Assembly (NCBI GenBank): GCA_963754315.1
Contig: CAVWFS010000016.1
Span: 32,001-96,000, forward strand
Direction of reading: 5' to 3'
DNA length: 64,000 bases
Source of the DNA: an uncultured Candidatus Rokubacteria bacterium
GTDB taxonomy: Bacteria; Methylomirabilota; Methylomirabilia; Rokubacteriales; CSP1-6
Below the pieces are notes generated by a model. It saw only the letters and a list, made by a program, of their open reading frames with translations, did not search any database and was not told where the DNA came from. Position numbers and translations under genes: made by a program. Position 1 is the first letter of the stretch. Every line of letters begins with the position of its first letter. Positions 19,555 through 28,495 of this stretch are shown in pieces.

Positions 19555-21602
19555 TGTACGTCTCGCGTGATGGGGTCAAACTCTTCTACCAGGTAACGGG
19601 CAGCGGCAGTCGCGACCTGTTCCTCCTGCCCCAGTGCCAGCCGGTGACGTACAGTCGTCAGTGGAAGAATCAGGTCCCGTACCTGTCCCGCTATTTCCGG
19701 GTAGCCACGATGGACCTTCGAGGTAACGGGCGCTCGGACCGGCCGGCAACCGGATACGACCTCGACAGCCGCTACCACGACTTTCTCGGGGTCATCGAGG
19801 CGGTGGTGCGGCGGCCCTTCGCCCTGGTGGCCTACGCTTGCTCCTCGCTGCTTGCCGTGCGTTACGCGGTCGACCACCCGGGGTGCCTGTCGCATCTCGT
19901 GCTCCTTAGCGGTCAATACGCCGAGTCGGTGCCGCAGCCGTTCGACGAGAAGGTCGCGCCCGTTATCCGCAACGACTTCGAGTCCTGGCAGAGCCGGCTG
20001 TTCGCCCGTTGCCTCCCCGAACCGCACTCCTTGAAAGGGATCGAGGACTGCATCGGCTGGACACACGAGACCACACCCGACGTCCTCGTCGAGTCGCTCC
20101 GTGCGATCGATGGCTCGAACGTCTACGACATGCTTTCGAAGATCCAGGTGCCGACTCTTACGCTCCACGGCACGCTCGACAAGATCGTGCCCTACACCCA
20201 CGCTCAGAAGCTGGTGGCGGCCATTCCCGACGCGCGTCTGGTGACCTTCGAGGGTGCCGGCCACATTCTGCACGGTCGGCACGCCGTCAAGGTCAACCAT
20301 ATGATCCGCGAGTTCGTGCTGGACCGCCCCGTGGGAGCTCACTCGATCCCGAGCACCACCGAGCGCCAGACGGCAGCCAGGCCGCCGCGGCGAACGGCAG
20401 CCCGGCGCGTCCTCTGGCTCTCCAGCCCCATCGGCCTCGGTCACATCCAGCGGGATCTGGCCATTGCCAAGAAGCTCCGCGAGATCGTTCCCGACACGAC
20501 GGTGGATTTTCTCGCCGCCGATCCCGCCGATCGAGTGGTGCAGGCCTGGGGTGAGCGCCTGCATCCGGCCACCCGGCTCCTGCTGAACGAAAGCGCGCAC
20601 GTGGAGGGGTGGGGTGGCGACCACGAGCTGCACGCGTTCAACGCAATCTGGGACATGGACGAGATCATGGCCGCCAACTTCATGACATTCGCCGACGTCG
20701 TGGAGCGCGAGCCGTACGACCTCTGGGTGGGCGACGAGGGCTGGGACCTCGACTATTTCCTGCACGAGAATCCCGAGCTGAAGCGGGCGCCCTACGCGTT
20801 CATCACCGACTTCATCGGGATGCTCCCCATGCGTGACGACCCGACCTCGGTCGAGTTCAAGCGCGCGTGGGACAAGAACGCCGAGAACATCGACCACCTG
20901 CGCTTCCATCCCGACGTGCGCGATCTCTCCCTCATGGTGGGCGATGAGGACGACGTGCTGGACCGTGAGTTTGGTCCAGACTTGCCCAATATGCGCCAGT
21001 GGGCGCGCGAGCACTTTGGCTTCTCTGGGTACACCTATCATTTCGATCCGGCGCAGTACCGCGACAAGGCAGCCCTCCGCGCCGAGCTTGGCTTCCGAGA
21101 GGACGAGCGAGTCGTCCTCGTTTCGGTCGGCGGTACTCGCGTGGGTCGGAACCTGCTCAGGAAGTGTGCCGAGGCGTTCTCTCTGATCGCCGACAAGGTT
21201 CCCGACACGAGGATGCTCCTGGTGGCCGGGCCCCGCCTGGCGCCCGAGGAGCTGCCGGGCGGGCCGCGGATCGACGTGCGCCCGTTCGTGCCCAACCTGT
21301 TCCGTCACCACGCGGCGGCTCATCTTGCCATCGTCCAGGGGGGACTCACGACGACCATGGAGCTGGCGGCCGTGCAGACACCATTCCTGTATTTCCCCCT
21401 GCGCAACCATTTCGAACAGAACTTCCACGTCGCCCGGCGCCTGGATCGGCTAGGCGCCGGGGTTCGCATGGACTACGACCGGACCAGCGTGGAGGAGTTG
21501 GCGGCTGCCATGCTCCACCATCTGGACAAGCCGGTTCAGTACCGGGCTGCTCCGACGGGTGGAACCGAGCGTGCGGCCCGGATGATCGCCAACCTGCTCT
21601 AA
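19551..21602 (+). CDS. Alpha/beta hydrolase-fold domain fused to a GT-B (GT1/GT28-like) glycosyltransferase domain
   Basis: DLRGNGRSD, HGTLDKIVP, GAGH; then SPIGLGHIQRD, VSVGG, QGGLTTTME, HFEQ. Confidence 0.85.
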   Translation: MMYVSRDGVKLFYQVTGSGSRDLFLLPQCQPVTYSRQWKNQVPYLSRYFRVATMDLRGNGRSDRPATGYDLDSRYHDFLGVIEAVVRRPFALVAYACSSLLAVRYAVDHPGCLSHLVLLSGQYAESVPQPFDEKVAPVIRNDFESWQSRLFARCLPEPHSLKGIEDCIGWTHETTPDVLVESLRAIDGSNVYDMLSKIQVPTLTLHGTLDKIVPYTHAQKLVAAIPDARLVTFEGAGHILHGRHAVKVNHMIREFVLDRPVGAHSIPSTTERQTAARPPRRTAARRVLWLSSPIGLGHIQRDLAIAKKLREIVPDTTVDFLAADPADRVVQAWGERLHPATRLLLNESAHVEGWGGDHELHAFNAIWDMDEIMAANFMTFADVVEREPYDLWVGDEGWDLDYFLHENPELKRAPYAFITDFIGMLPMRDDPTSVEFKRAWDKNAENIDHLRFHPDVRDLSLMVGDEDDVLDREFGPDLPNMRQWAREHFGFSGYTYHFDPAQYRDKAALRAELGFREDERVVLVSVGGTRVGRNLLRKCAEAFSLIADKVPDTRMLLVAGPRLAPEELPGGPRIDVRPFVPNLFRHHAAAHLAIVQGGLTTTMELAAVQTPFLYFPLRNHFEQNFHVARRLDRLGAGVRMDYDRTSVEELAAAMLHHLDKPVQYRAAPTGGTERAARMIANLL

Positions 21603-21620
21603 TCCCGAGGAGGACGACAC

Positions 21621-22184
21621 ATGGCACTCGGAACGAACGACGTGAACGTGGAGAAGCTGAAGGAGACCGACGCGGCCATCAAGGCGAACCCTGGCCTCGA
21701 GAAGCTCATCGTCAAGGCCAAGTCCACGTGGTGCGGCGGGACGATGACGCAGGTCACCTTGAGCGAGTGGTCCGCGGGCGGCAACCGCATGACCGCCCGG
21801 CCCCGGCGCTTCACGATCATGGTGGACGAGCCGCCCGAACTGGGTGGGGCGGATGGGGGCCCGTTCCCCATCGAGGTGGTCCTGGCGGCCCTCGCGGGTT
21901 GTGTCAGCAATGCCACCGCCACCAACGCCGCGCTCTTCGGCGTGCCCATCGACGGCATCGAGATGGATCTGGAGGCCCACGTGGATGCTCGAGGCTTCCT
22001 CGGCCACGACAAGTCGGTGCGCAACGGCATCACCGATATCAACTACACGATCACCATCCAGAGCTCGGCGCCGGAAGACAAGGTCCGCAAGTGCAAGGAG
22101 ACCATCGATCGGAAGTCCGCCGTGCGCGACACCCTGGCTAACCCCGTGAACATCACCTCGAAGTTCGTCTACAAGCCGAGTTAA
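21621..22184 (+). CDS. OsmC-like protein
   Basis: DEPPELGG.D.GP.P.E.VLAALAGC, DARGFLG, SAVRDTLANPV. Confidence 0.88.
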   Translation: MALGTNDVNVEKLKETDAAIKANPGLEKLIVKAKSTWCGGTMTQVTLSEWSAGGNRMTARPRRFTIMVDEPPELGGADGGPFPIEVVLAALAGCVSNATATNAALFGVPIDGIEMDLEAHVDARGFLGHDKSVRNGITDINYTITIQSSAPEDKVRKCKETIDRKSAVRDTLANPVNITSKFVYKPS

Positions 22185-22224
22185 ACGCGGAGACGCTGGC
22201 CCGGCACGACGACAGGAGGAACCG

Positions 22225-23271
22225 ATGAACGAGGCCAAGCTCCACGAGTTCATGGGCAAGCTCGTCACCGATATGGGCGGTGCGTGCATGGTCGCCATGG
22301 TGCTGATCGGTGACGAGCTGGGCCTCTACAAGGCCATGGCCGACGGGCACCCGGTCACTGCAGAGGCGCTGGCCTCGCGGTGCGACTGCCACCCGCGGCT
22401 GGTGCGCGAGTGGCTGAACGCCAATGCGGCGGCCGGCTATCTTGAGGCCGTGAACGGCGCCTACCGGCTGCCGCCGGAACAGGCCATGGCCCTGGCCAAC
22501 GAAGACTCGCCTGTCTTCGTGGCGCCGGGCCAGAACGTCCTGGCGGCGTGTTTCATGGATCTCGACAAGGTGCTGGCCGCGTTCCGCGGTAACGGCGCCT
22601 TTCCCTGGGGCGAGCACCACCACCGGATGTTCCACGGGGTGGAGAAGTTCTTCCGACCGGGTTACCAGGCCAACCTCACCAGCGCGTGGTTGCCCGCCAT
22701 GGAGGGTGTGGTGGCCAAGCTCCAGGCCGGTGCCAAGGTCGCCGACGTGGGCTGCGGTCACGGCGCCTCAACAGTCATCATGGCCAAGGCCTACCCGAAC
22801 TCTCGCTTCTTCGGATTCGACTTCCACGCGCCGTCGGTCGAGGTGGCCCGAGCGCGGGCGGCCGAGGCCGGGGTGGGTGACCGCGCGACCTTCGTGACCG
22901 CCGCCGCCAAGGGCTACACGGAGCGCGGCTTCGATCTCATTTGCTTCTTCGACTGTCTGCACGACATGGGCGATCCGGTGGGCGCGGCCCGCCATGCCCG
23001 CCAGGCCCTCAAGGACGATGGGTCCGTGCTGCTGGTCGAGCCGTTCGCCGGAGACAGCTTGGCGGACAACTCGACCCCGGTCGGGCGCCTGTTCTACGCG
23101 GCCTCCAGCATGGTCTGCACGCCGAATTCCCTCTCTCAGGAAGTCGGGCTTGCGCTCGGCGCCCAAGCCGGTGAGGCTCGACTGCGCCAGGTATTCAGCG
23201 AGGCCGGGTTCAGCCGCTTCCGGCGCGCGACTGAAACGCCGTTCAACCTGATCCTCGAGGCGCGCAGGTAG
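22225..23271 (+). CDS. wHTH + class I SAM-dependent methyltransferase (Rv2258c-like)
   Basis: IGDELGLYKAM, VREWL, VADVGCGHG, FDCLHDMGDP, LGAQAGE, TPFNLILEAR. Confidence 0.92.
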   Translation: MNEAKLHEFMGKLVTDMGGACMVAMVLIGDELGLYKAMADGHPVTAEALASRCDCHPRLVREWLNANAAAGYLEAVNGAYRLPPEQAMALANEDSPVFVAPGQNVLAACFMDLDKVLAAFRGNGAFPWGEHHHRMFHGVEKFFRPGYQANLTSAWLPAMEGVVAKLQAGAKVADVGCGHGASTVIMAKAYPNSRFFGFDFHAPSVEVARARAAEAGVGDRATFVTAAAKGYTERGFDLICFFDCLHDMGDPVGAARHARQALKDDGSVLLVEPFAGDSLADNSTPVGRLFYAASSMVCTPNSLSQEVGLALGAQAGEARLRQVFSEAGFSRFRRATETPFNLILEARR

Positions 23272-23295
23272 GTCGGGAAAATCAAGGAGAGTGCC

Positions 23296-23658
23296 ATGAG
23301 CGAGGCGAGCCTGTACCAGCGCTTGGGGAGCGCGGCAGGAATAGCGCGGATCACTGACGATATCTGGGCGAACCATACGCGCAATCCCCTCATCAAGCAA
23401 CGCTACGCCAGCAGCGATCCGGACAAGGTCAAGCGGCTGGTGCGCGAGCTGTTCGGCTCCGGTACCGGCGGGCCCGAGACGTACACGGGCAAGGGCATGC
23501 TGGAGGCCCATCGGGGCATGAACATCAGTGAGCAGGAATTCAATGCCGTGATCGACGACGTGCTGGATGCCCTCGCCAAGAACGGTATCGGTCAGCGTGA
23601 GAAGGACGAGGTGCTGTGTATCCTCTGGTCGATGCGCAAAGAAGTCGTGCACGTGTAG
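23296..23658 (+). CDS. Group 1 truncated (2/2) hemoglobin
   Basis: SLYQRLG, TGGPETYTG, proximal His in EAHRGMNIS. Confidence 0.88.
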   Translation: MSEASLYQRLGSAAGIARITDDIWANHTRNPLIKQRYASSDPDKVKRLVRELFGSGTGGPETYTGKGMLEAHRGMNISEQEFNAVIDDVLDALAKNGIGQREKDEVLCILWSMRKEVVHV

Positions 23659-23677
23659 CGTAGTCGGGGTTACTGGG

Positions 23678-25927
23678 ATGCCGGGCGAGATCAATTGCCT
23701 CTTCACGAAGGGGCTGATCCCTTTCGTGGAGAAAGAGATCGGACCCGAGGGAGTGGCGGCGATCTGCCGCACGGCGGGGCGATCCCGTGAGTATCTCATG
23801 GCCGACCACAACTGGCTTCCCCTCGGGCTCGCCAACGAGCTGGTCCGCGTGACGATGGAGCTGAAAGGCGAGCCGGACGTCGATCGCTGGGCGCGGCGCT
23901 TCACCGAAGACATGATGGATTGGAAACCGTCTCGCGAGTACCGCCACTACCTCGGCACCTACAGCATGGGAGTCGGCAACCCGCGCGAGTTGTACGAGCG
24001 CCACAACGTGATGGCGCAGGCGGTCAGTCGGTTCTGCCGGTACGACGCGGCGGTCCAGCGCCGCTCAGCCCGATATCGTCGGATCGCGGAGGCCGGCTTC
24101 ACAATCCCGCGGTGGTTTTGCATCTGGGAAGACGTCAAGTGGGAGCGGTATCCCACCAACTGGGGGCTGCCGCGCGCGGTGGTCGTCGAGAGCCAGTGCG
24201 CCGCCCGCGGCGCTGACTCGTGCCTCATCACGGTGCGGTGGAAGAACGCCCCGCTCGGCAGGCGCTTCTGGGGGCCCACGGTGGTTGGCGGCGCGGCTTC
24301 CGGCATCCTCACGACGGCGCTCGGCACCGGCCAACCGCTACCGTGGGCAGCGGCCGGTCTGGTCGCGACGCTGCCGGTACTCCTCGGAACCGCCGTCGGC
24401 TACGGACTGGTCCGACGTGGGCGAGAGCAGCACGCCAAGCGCATGCTCGATCTGCAGTCCGAGGAGATCCTCTACTCCAATAACGAGCTGGAGAAGAAAT
24501 TCCGCGACCTCGAGACCAAGATCGAGCAGCTCTCACTGCTCGGGGACCTGTCTGCCGCCGTCAACGCTACCCTCGACGTGGAAAAGATCTACGAGCAGGC
24601 CCTCGATCGCCTGGTCCATCGAATGGGGTACCAGGGCGCCTACCTTTTCCTGGTGGATCCGGCGCGACAGGTGGTGCGCGGTCACCGGATGGTCGGTGGG
24701 GCCCGGCCGAACGCTCCCTTCGAAAATGTGGAGTTCCGAGTGGACGACCCGCGTAGCGGGGCGTCACGCGTCGCGACCTCCGGCTTGCCCATGGTGGTGG
24801 AGGACGTGGAGAGCACCGAACAGCCGATCGACCTTTCCACCGCCCGCTCCCTGGGCGTGAGATCGGCGGTGATGGTGCCACTCAGGGTCAAGGAGCGTGT
24901 CTTCGGTGTCCTCAACGTCACTTCGAGTGCGCCGGGTGGCGTGGGGGAAGGGGACCTGGAGTTACTCTCCGCGGTGGCCAACCACGTGGCTCTCGCGGTG
25001 GACCGGGCCGAGAGCTTTCAGACCATCGAGGAGCTCAGCCGTGGCCTCGAGGACAAGGTGCGCGTGCGGACCGAGCAGCTGCGCAGCGCCCACGACGAAC
25101 TGCAGGCCGCCTATCGTGAACTGCAGGCCGCCCAGATGCAGCTCATCCAGCGCGAGAAGATGGCCTCGGTGGGCCAGCTGGTGGCTGGCGTGGCCCACGA
25201 GCTGAACAACCCTATCGGCTTTGTCTACTCCAACGTCACCACCTTGGAAGACTTTGTCCGGCGGCTCCGGGGCATGCTCGAGGTGTACCGCGACGCGCCT
25301 TTGGCCGACGCCGACAAGAGCCGGATCCAGGGCGAGTGGGAGTCACGAAAGATCGACTATGCCCTCAAGTATCTCGACTCGATGACCCAGGGCATCAAGG
25401 AAGGCGCCGAGCGAGCCCGGAAGATCGTACGCGACCTGCGCGTGTTCGCCCGGAGCCAGGACGACGTCTGGCAACCAGTAGACCTGCACGAGGAGCTGGA
25501 GTCGAGCCTGACATTGCTCAATCACCTGCTCAAGGACCGGGTCGCCGTCCACCGCAAGTTCGGTGACTTGCCGGCCGTGGAGTGCATCCGCTCCCAGATC
25601 GACCAGGTCTTTCTCAACCTGCTCGCCAATGCCGCCCAGGCCATATCGGGCCCGGGGGCCATCACCATCGAGACTCGACGCCAGAGCGACGACGCCCTCG
25701 TCACTATCAGCGACACAGGTCCGGGCATCCCGCACGAGGTCATGGGACGCATCTTCGACCCGTTCTTCACCACCAAGCCGGTGGGCGAAGGCACAGGCCT
25801 CGGGCTCTCCATCAGCTACGAGATCGTCAAGAAGCACGGCGGCGAGATCCGGGCCGAGAGCCCACCGGGCGGCGGGGCCGTGTTCACTCTGCGTTTGCCC
25901 CTGGCCCGAGCGGTTCAGCATGGCTGA
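23678..25927 (+). CDS. Sensor histidine kinase: V4R-like N-terminal domain, 2 TM helices, GAF, HisKA, HATPase
   Basis: ESQCAARGADSCLITVRW; GAF (VPLRVKERVFGVLNV); AHELNNP; NLLANA; DTGPG; FFTTK; GTGLGL. Confidence 0.9.
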   Translation: MPGEINCLFTKGLIPFVEKEIGPEGVAAICRTAGRSREYLMADHNWLPLGLANELVRVTMELKGEPDVDRWARRFTEDMMDWKPSREYRHYLGTYSMGVGNPRELYERHNVMAQAVSRFCRYDAAVQRRSARYRRIAEAGFTIPRWFCIWEDVKWERYPTNWGLPRAVVVESQCAARGADSCLITVRWKNAPLGRRFWGPTVVGGAASGILTTALGTGQPLPWAAAGLVATLPVLLGTAVGYGLVRRGREQHAKRMLDLQSEEILYSNNELEKKFRDLETKIEQLSLLGDLSAAVNATLDVEKIYEQALDRLVHRMGYQGAYLFLVDPARQVVRGHRMVGGARPNAPFENVEFRVDDPRSGASRVATSGLPMVVEDVESTEQPIDLSTARSLGVRSAVMVPLRVKERVFGVLNVTSSAPGGVGEGDLELLSAVANHVALAVDRAESFQTIEELSRGLEDKVRVRTEQLRSAHDELQAAYRELQAAQMQLIQREKMASVGQLVAGVAHELNNPIGFVYSNVTTLEDFVRRLRGMLEVYRDAPLADADKSRIQGEWESRKIDYALKYLDSMTQGIKEGAERARKIVRDLRVFARSQDDVWQPVDLHEELESSLTLLNHLLKDRVAVHRKFGDLPAVECIRSQIDQVFLNLLANAAQAISGPGAITIETRRQSDDALVTISDTGPGIPHEVMGRIFDPFFTTKPVGEGTGLGLSISYEIVKKHGGEIRAESPPGGGAVFTLRLPLARAVQHG

Positions 25928-27074
25928 CGAAGCCTCGGTGCTGGTCGTGGACGACGAGGTCAGGGTGCTCGACTCGCTCGAGGCTCTCTTGGCCATGGAC
26001 TACCGCGTGCTGCGTGCCGATCGTCCAGAGGCCGCCCTGGCCGTCCTGAGCCAGGAGCCGGTGGCGGTGATCGTCAGCGACCAGCGCATGCCCGGCATGA
26101 CCGGAACAGAGTTCCTGGCCCGGAGCCGCGACCTGGCTCCGGAGGCAGTACGCATCCTCCTGACGGCGTTCACCGACACCGACGCCCTCATGCAGTCGAT
26201 CAATGCGGCCAATATCTACCACTTCCTCCTCAAGCCGTGGGATCCCACCGAGCTGACGCATACTGTTCGCCGCGGCGTGGAGCGTCACCGGCTTGCCACC
26301 GAGCGAAACCAGCTGCTGCGGGATCTGGCGGAGAAGAACGCCAACCTCGAGACTACCCTCGCCGACTTGCGTACCTCCCAGGAGCAGGCCGTGCGCGAAG
26401 CGGGCGTGCGTACCCAGCTCCAGCGGTACGTCTCCCCTCGGCTCGCCGACATGGCGCTCGGTAACCCGAGCCTCCTCGATCAGCCCGGCGACTGGCGCGA
26501 GGCCACCATCCTCTTCGCTGACATCCGCGGTTACACGCGCCTCATCGAGACCACCCCGGGATCGGTAGTCATCCGGCTCCTGGACGGGTACCTGAGCGAG
26601 ATGATAGAGATCATCTTCCGTCACCAGGGCACGGTCGAGCAGCTCATCGGCGACGAGATCGTGGTCCTGTTCGGTGTGGCGGAAGACGGCAAGGACGCTC
26701 CCCAGCGCGCGGTGCGGGCCGCCGTCGAGATGGTCGCGGCGGTGCAGGGGCTCTCGCGCCGTTGGGCGGCCGGTGGGGTCCCCCGTTTCGACATCGGGGT
26801 GGGGATCAGCTCGGGGCCAGTCATGGCGGCCACCATCGGCTCCGAGCGGCGGCGCGAGCTGATCGTGGTGGGACGGCCCATGATCGCGGCGGCGCGCATC
26901 CAGCGGATGACGCGACTGTTCGACGCGCATATAATCGCGGCCGAGGGCACGTTCCGCGAGGTGAGCGATCTCGTCCGCTATCGCGAGCTGGGTACGCCGA
27001 AACTGAAGGGTATCAAGGACCGCGAAACCCTCTACGAGATTCTCGGGCTTCACGAACGCGCCCCCGTCCACTAG
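25920..27074 (+). CDS. Receiver + class III nucleotide cyclase-like domain
   Basis: VVDDE, SDQRMPG, KPW; ATILFADIRGYT, IGDE, IGVGISSG. Confidence 0.9.
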   Translation: MADEASVLVVDDEVRVLDSLEALLAMDYRVLRADRPEAALAVLSQEPVAVIVSDQRMPGMTGTEFLARSRDLAPEAVRILLTAFTDTDALMQSINAANIYHFLLKPWDPTELTHTVRRGVERHRLATERNQLLRDLAEKNANLETTLADLRTSQEQAVREAGVRTQLQRYVSPRLADMALGNPSLLDQPGDWREATILFADIRGYTRLIETTPGSVVIRLLDGYLSEMIEIIFRHQGTVEQLIGDEIVVLFGVAEDGKDAPQRAVRAAVEMVAAVQGLSRRWAAGGVPRFDIGVGISSGPVMAATIGSERRRELIVVGRPMIAAARIQRMTRLFDAHIIAAEGTFREVSDLVRYRELGTPKLKGIKDRETLYEILGLHERAPVH

Positions 27075-27101
27075 GACGACCACGCCGATCGAGAGAGGGG
27101 A

Positions 27102-28493
27102 GTGGAGCAAGCGACGGTTCTCGTGGTGGACGATGAGCCGCGCGTCTTGGACGCGCTCGAGGCCGTCCTCGCCGCGGAGTTCCGGGTGCTCCGCGCCGAG
27201 AGCGGCGAGCACGCCCTGCGGAACCTGGCCGACACGGACGTCGCGGTCATCGTCACCGACTACCGCATGCCGGGCATGACCGGCGTCGAGCTGCTTCGCC
27301 GGAGCCAGGACGTGGCTCCCGAGGCCGTCCGCATTCTTCTCACGGCCTATACCGACGTGGAAAGCCTGATGGAGGCGATCAACACCGGGCACATCTACCA
27401 CGTCCTCCCCAAGCCCTGGGACCCGAACGAGCTGTTGCTGGTCGTGCGGCGGGCCGCCGAGCGCTACGCGCTGGCCCAGGAGAACGCGCGGCTCAAAGAC
27501 GAGCTGGAGCTAGCCCTCAACACATTGCAGCGAGAAGCGGCCGAGGCTCGAGAGCGTCCTCTGCTGTTTGAGCGGCTGGTGGGCGCCCAGACGGGTCTCC
27601 GCCCTGCGGTCGAGCTGGCCCGAAAGGTTCTCGACACCGACACGACGGTGTTGCTACTCGGGGAGACGGGTACGGGCAAGGAACTGTTCGCGCGTCTTAT
27701 CCACGATAACGGACCGCGGCGCACCGCCAAGTTCATCGCCCAGAATTGCGGCGCCTTGCCGGAGTCGCTTCTGGAGTCCGAGCTGTTCGGCCACACAAGG
27801 GGCGCGTTCACCGGCGCCGTGGCCGAGCGTCGCGGGCTCTTCGAGGAGGCCGACGGCGGCACCATCTTCCTCGATGAAGTGGGCGAGACCTCACCTGCCA
27901 TGCAGCTCAGGCTGCTGCGCGTGCTTCAGGAGGGCGAGATCCGTCGGGTGGGCGCCTCGACAACGAAGCACATCAACGTGCGGGTGCTCGCGGCCACCAA
28001 TGCGGATCTGGAAGCGGATGTCGAGGTCGGGCGTTTCCGCAAAGACCTCTACTACCGGCTCAACGTGTTTCCCATCCGCGTGCCGGCCCTGCGGGACCGC
28101 GCCGAGGACATTCCCCCGCTGGCCGATCACTTCCTGCGCGTGTACCGGGAGCGCTCCCGGCGCGCCGTCCCATCCATCTCACCCGAGGCGCTGCGGTGCC
28201 TACGCGCCTACCCGTTCCCCGGCAATGTCCGCGAGCTGGAGAACGAGATCGAACGCGCCGTGGCCTTGGCCGACCCTGGTCAGCCCATCGGCCCCGAGCA
28301 TCTCTCCGAGCGGCTCCGGGGCAGCGCCGCCAGGAGCGTGCTCCCCCAGACGCTCAACGAGGCCATCGAGCAGCTCAAGCGGCGGATGATCGAGGACGCC
28401 CTCCGCGAGTGCGGCTCGAAGGCGCGAGCCGCCGAACGCCTAGGACTGACCCGTCAGAGCCTCCAGCAGATGCTCCGCCGCCGTCAAGCCTGA
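27102..28493 (+). CDS. Sigma54-dependent response regulator (NtrC family: REC-AAA-HTH)
   Basis: GETGTGKE, ESELFGH, GAFTGA, FLDEVGE, FPGNVRELEN, AAERLGL. Confidence 0.96.
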   Translation: MEQATVLVVDDEPRVLDALEAVLAAEFRVLRAESGEHALRNLADTDVAVIVTDYRMPGMTGVELLRRSQDVAPEAVRILLTAYTDVESLMEAINTGHIYHVLPKPWDPNELLLVVRRAAERYALAQENARLKDELELALNTLQREAAEARERPLLFERLVGAQTGLRPAVELARKVLDTDTTVLLLGETGTGKELFARLIHDNGPRRTAKFIAQNCGALPESLLESELFGHTRGAFTGAVAERRGLFEEADGGTIFLDEVGETSPAMQLRLLRVLQEGEIRRVGASTTKHINVRVLAATNADLEADVEVGRFRKDLYYRLNVFPIRVPALRDRAEDIPPLADHFLRVYRERSRRAVPSISPEALRCLRAYPFPGNVRELENEIERAVALADPGQPIGPEHLSERLRGSAARSVLPQTLNEAIEQLKRRMIEDALRECGSKARAAERLGLTRQSLQQMLRRRQA

Positions 28494-28495
28494 GA

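Noticed and set aside
19452..21428. Long antisense or alternate-frame ORFs (also 433-1554, 1660-2847, 25884-27401, 59434-60789)
   Set aside because: Shadows of real genes in high-GC DNA; no recognisable motifs.
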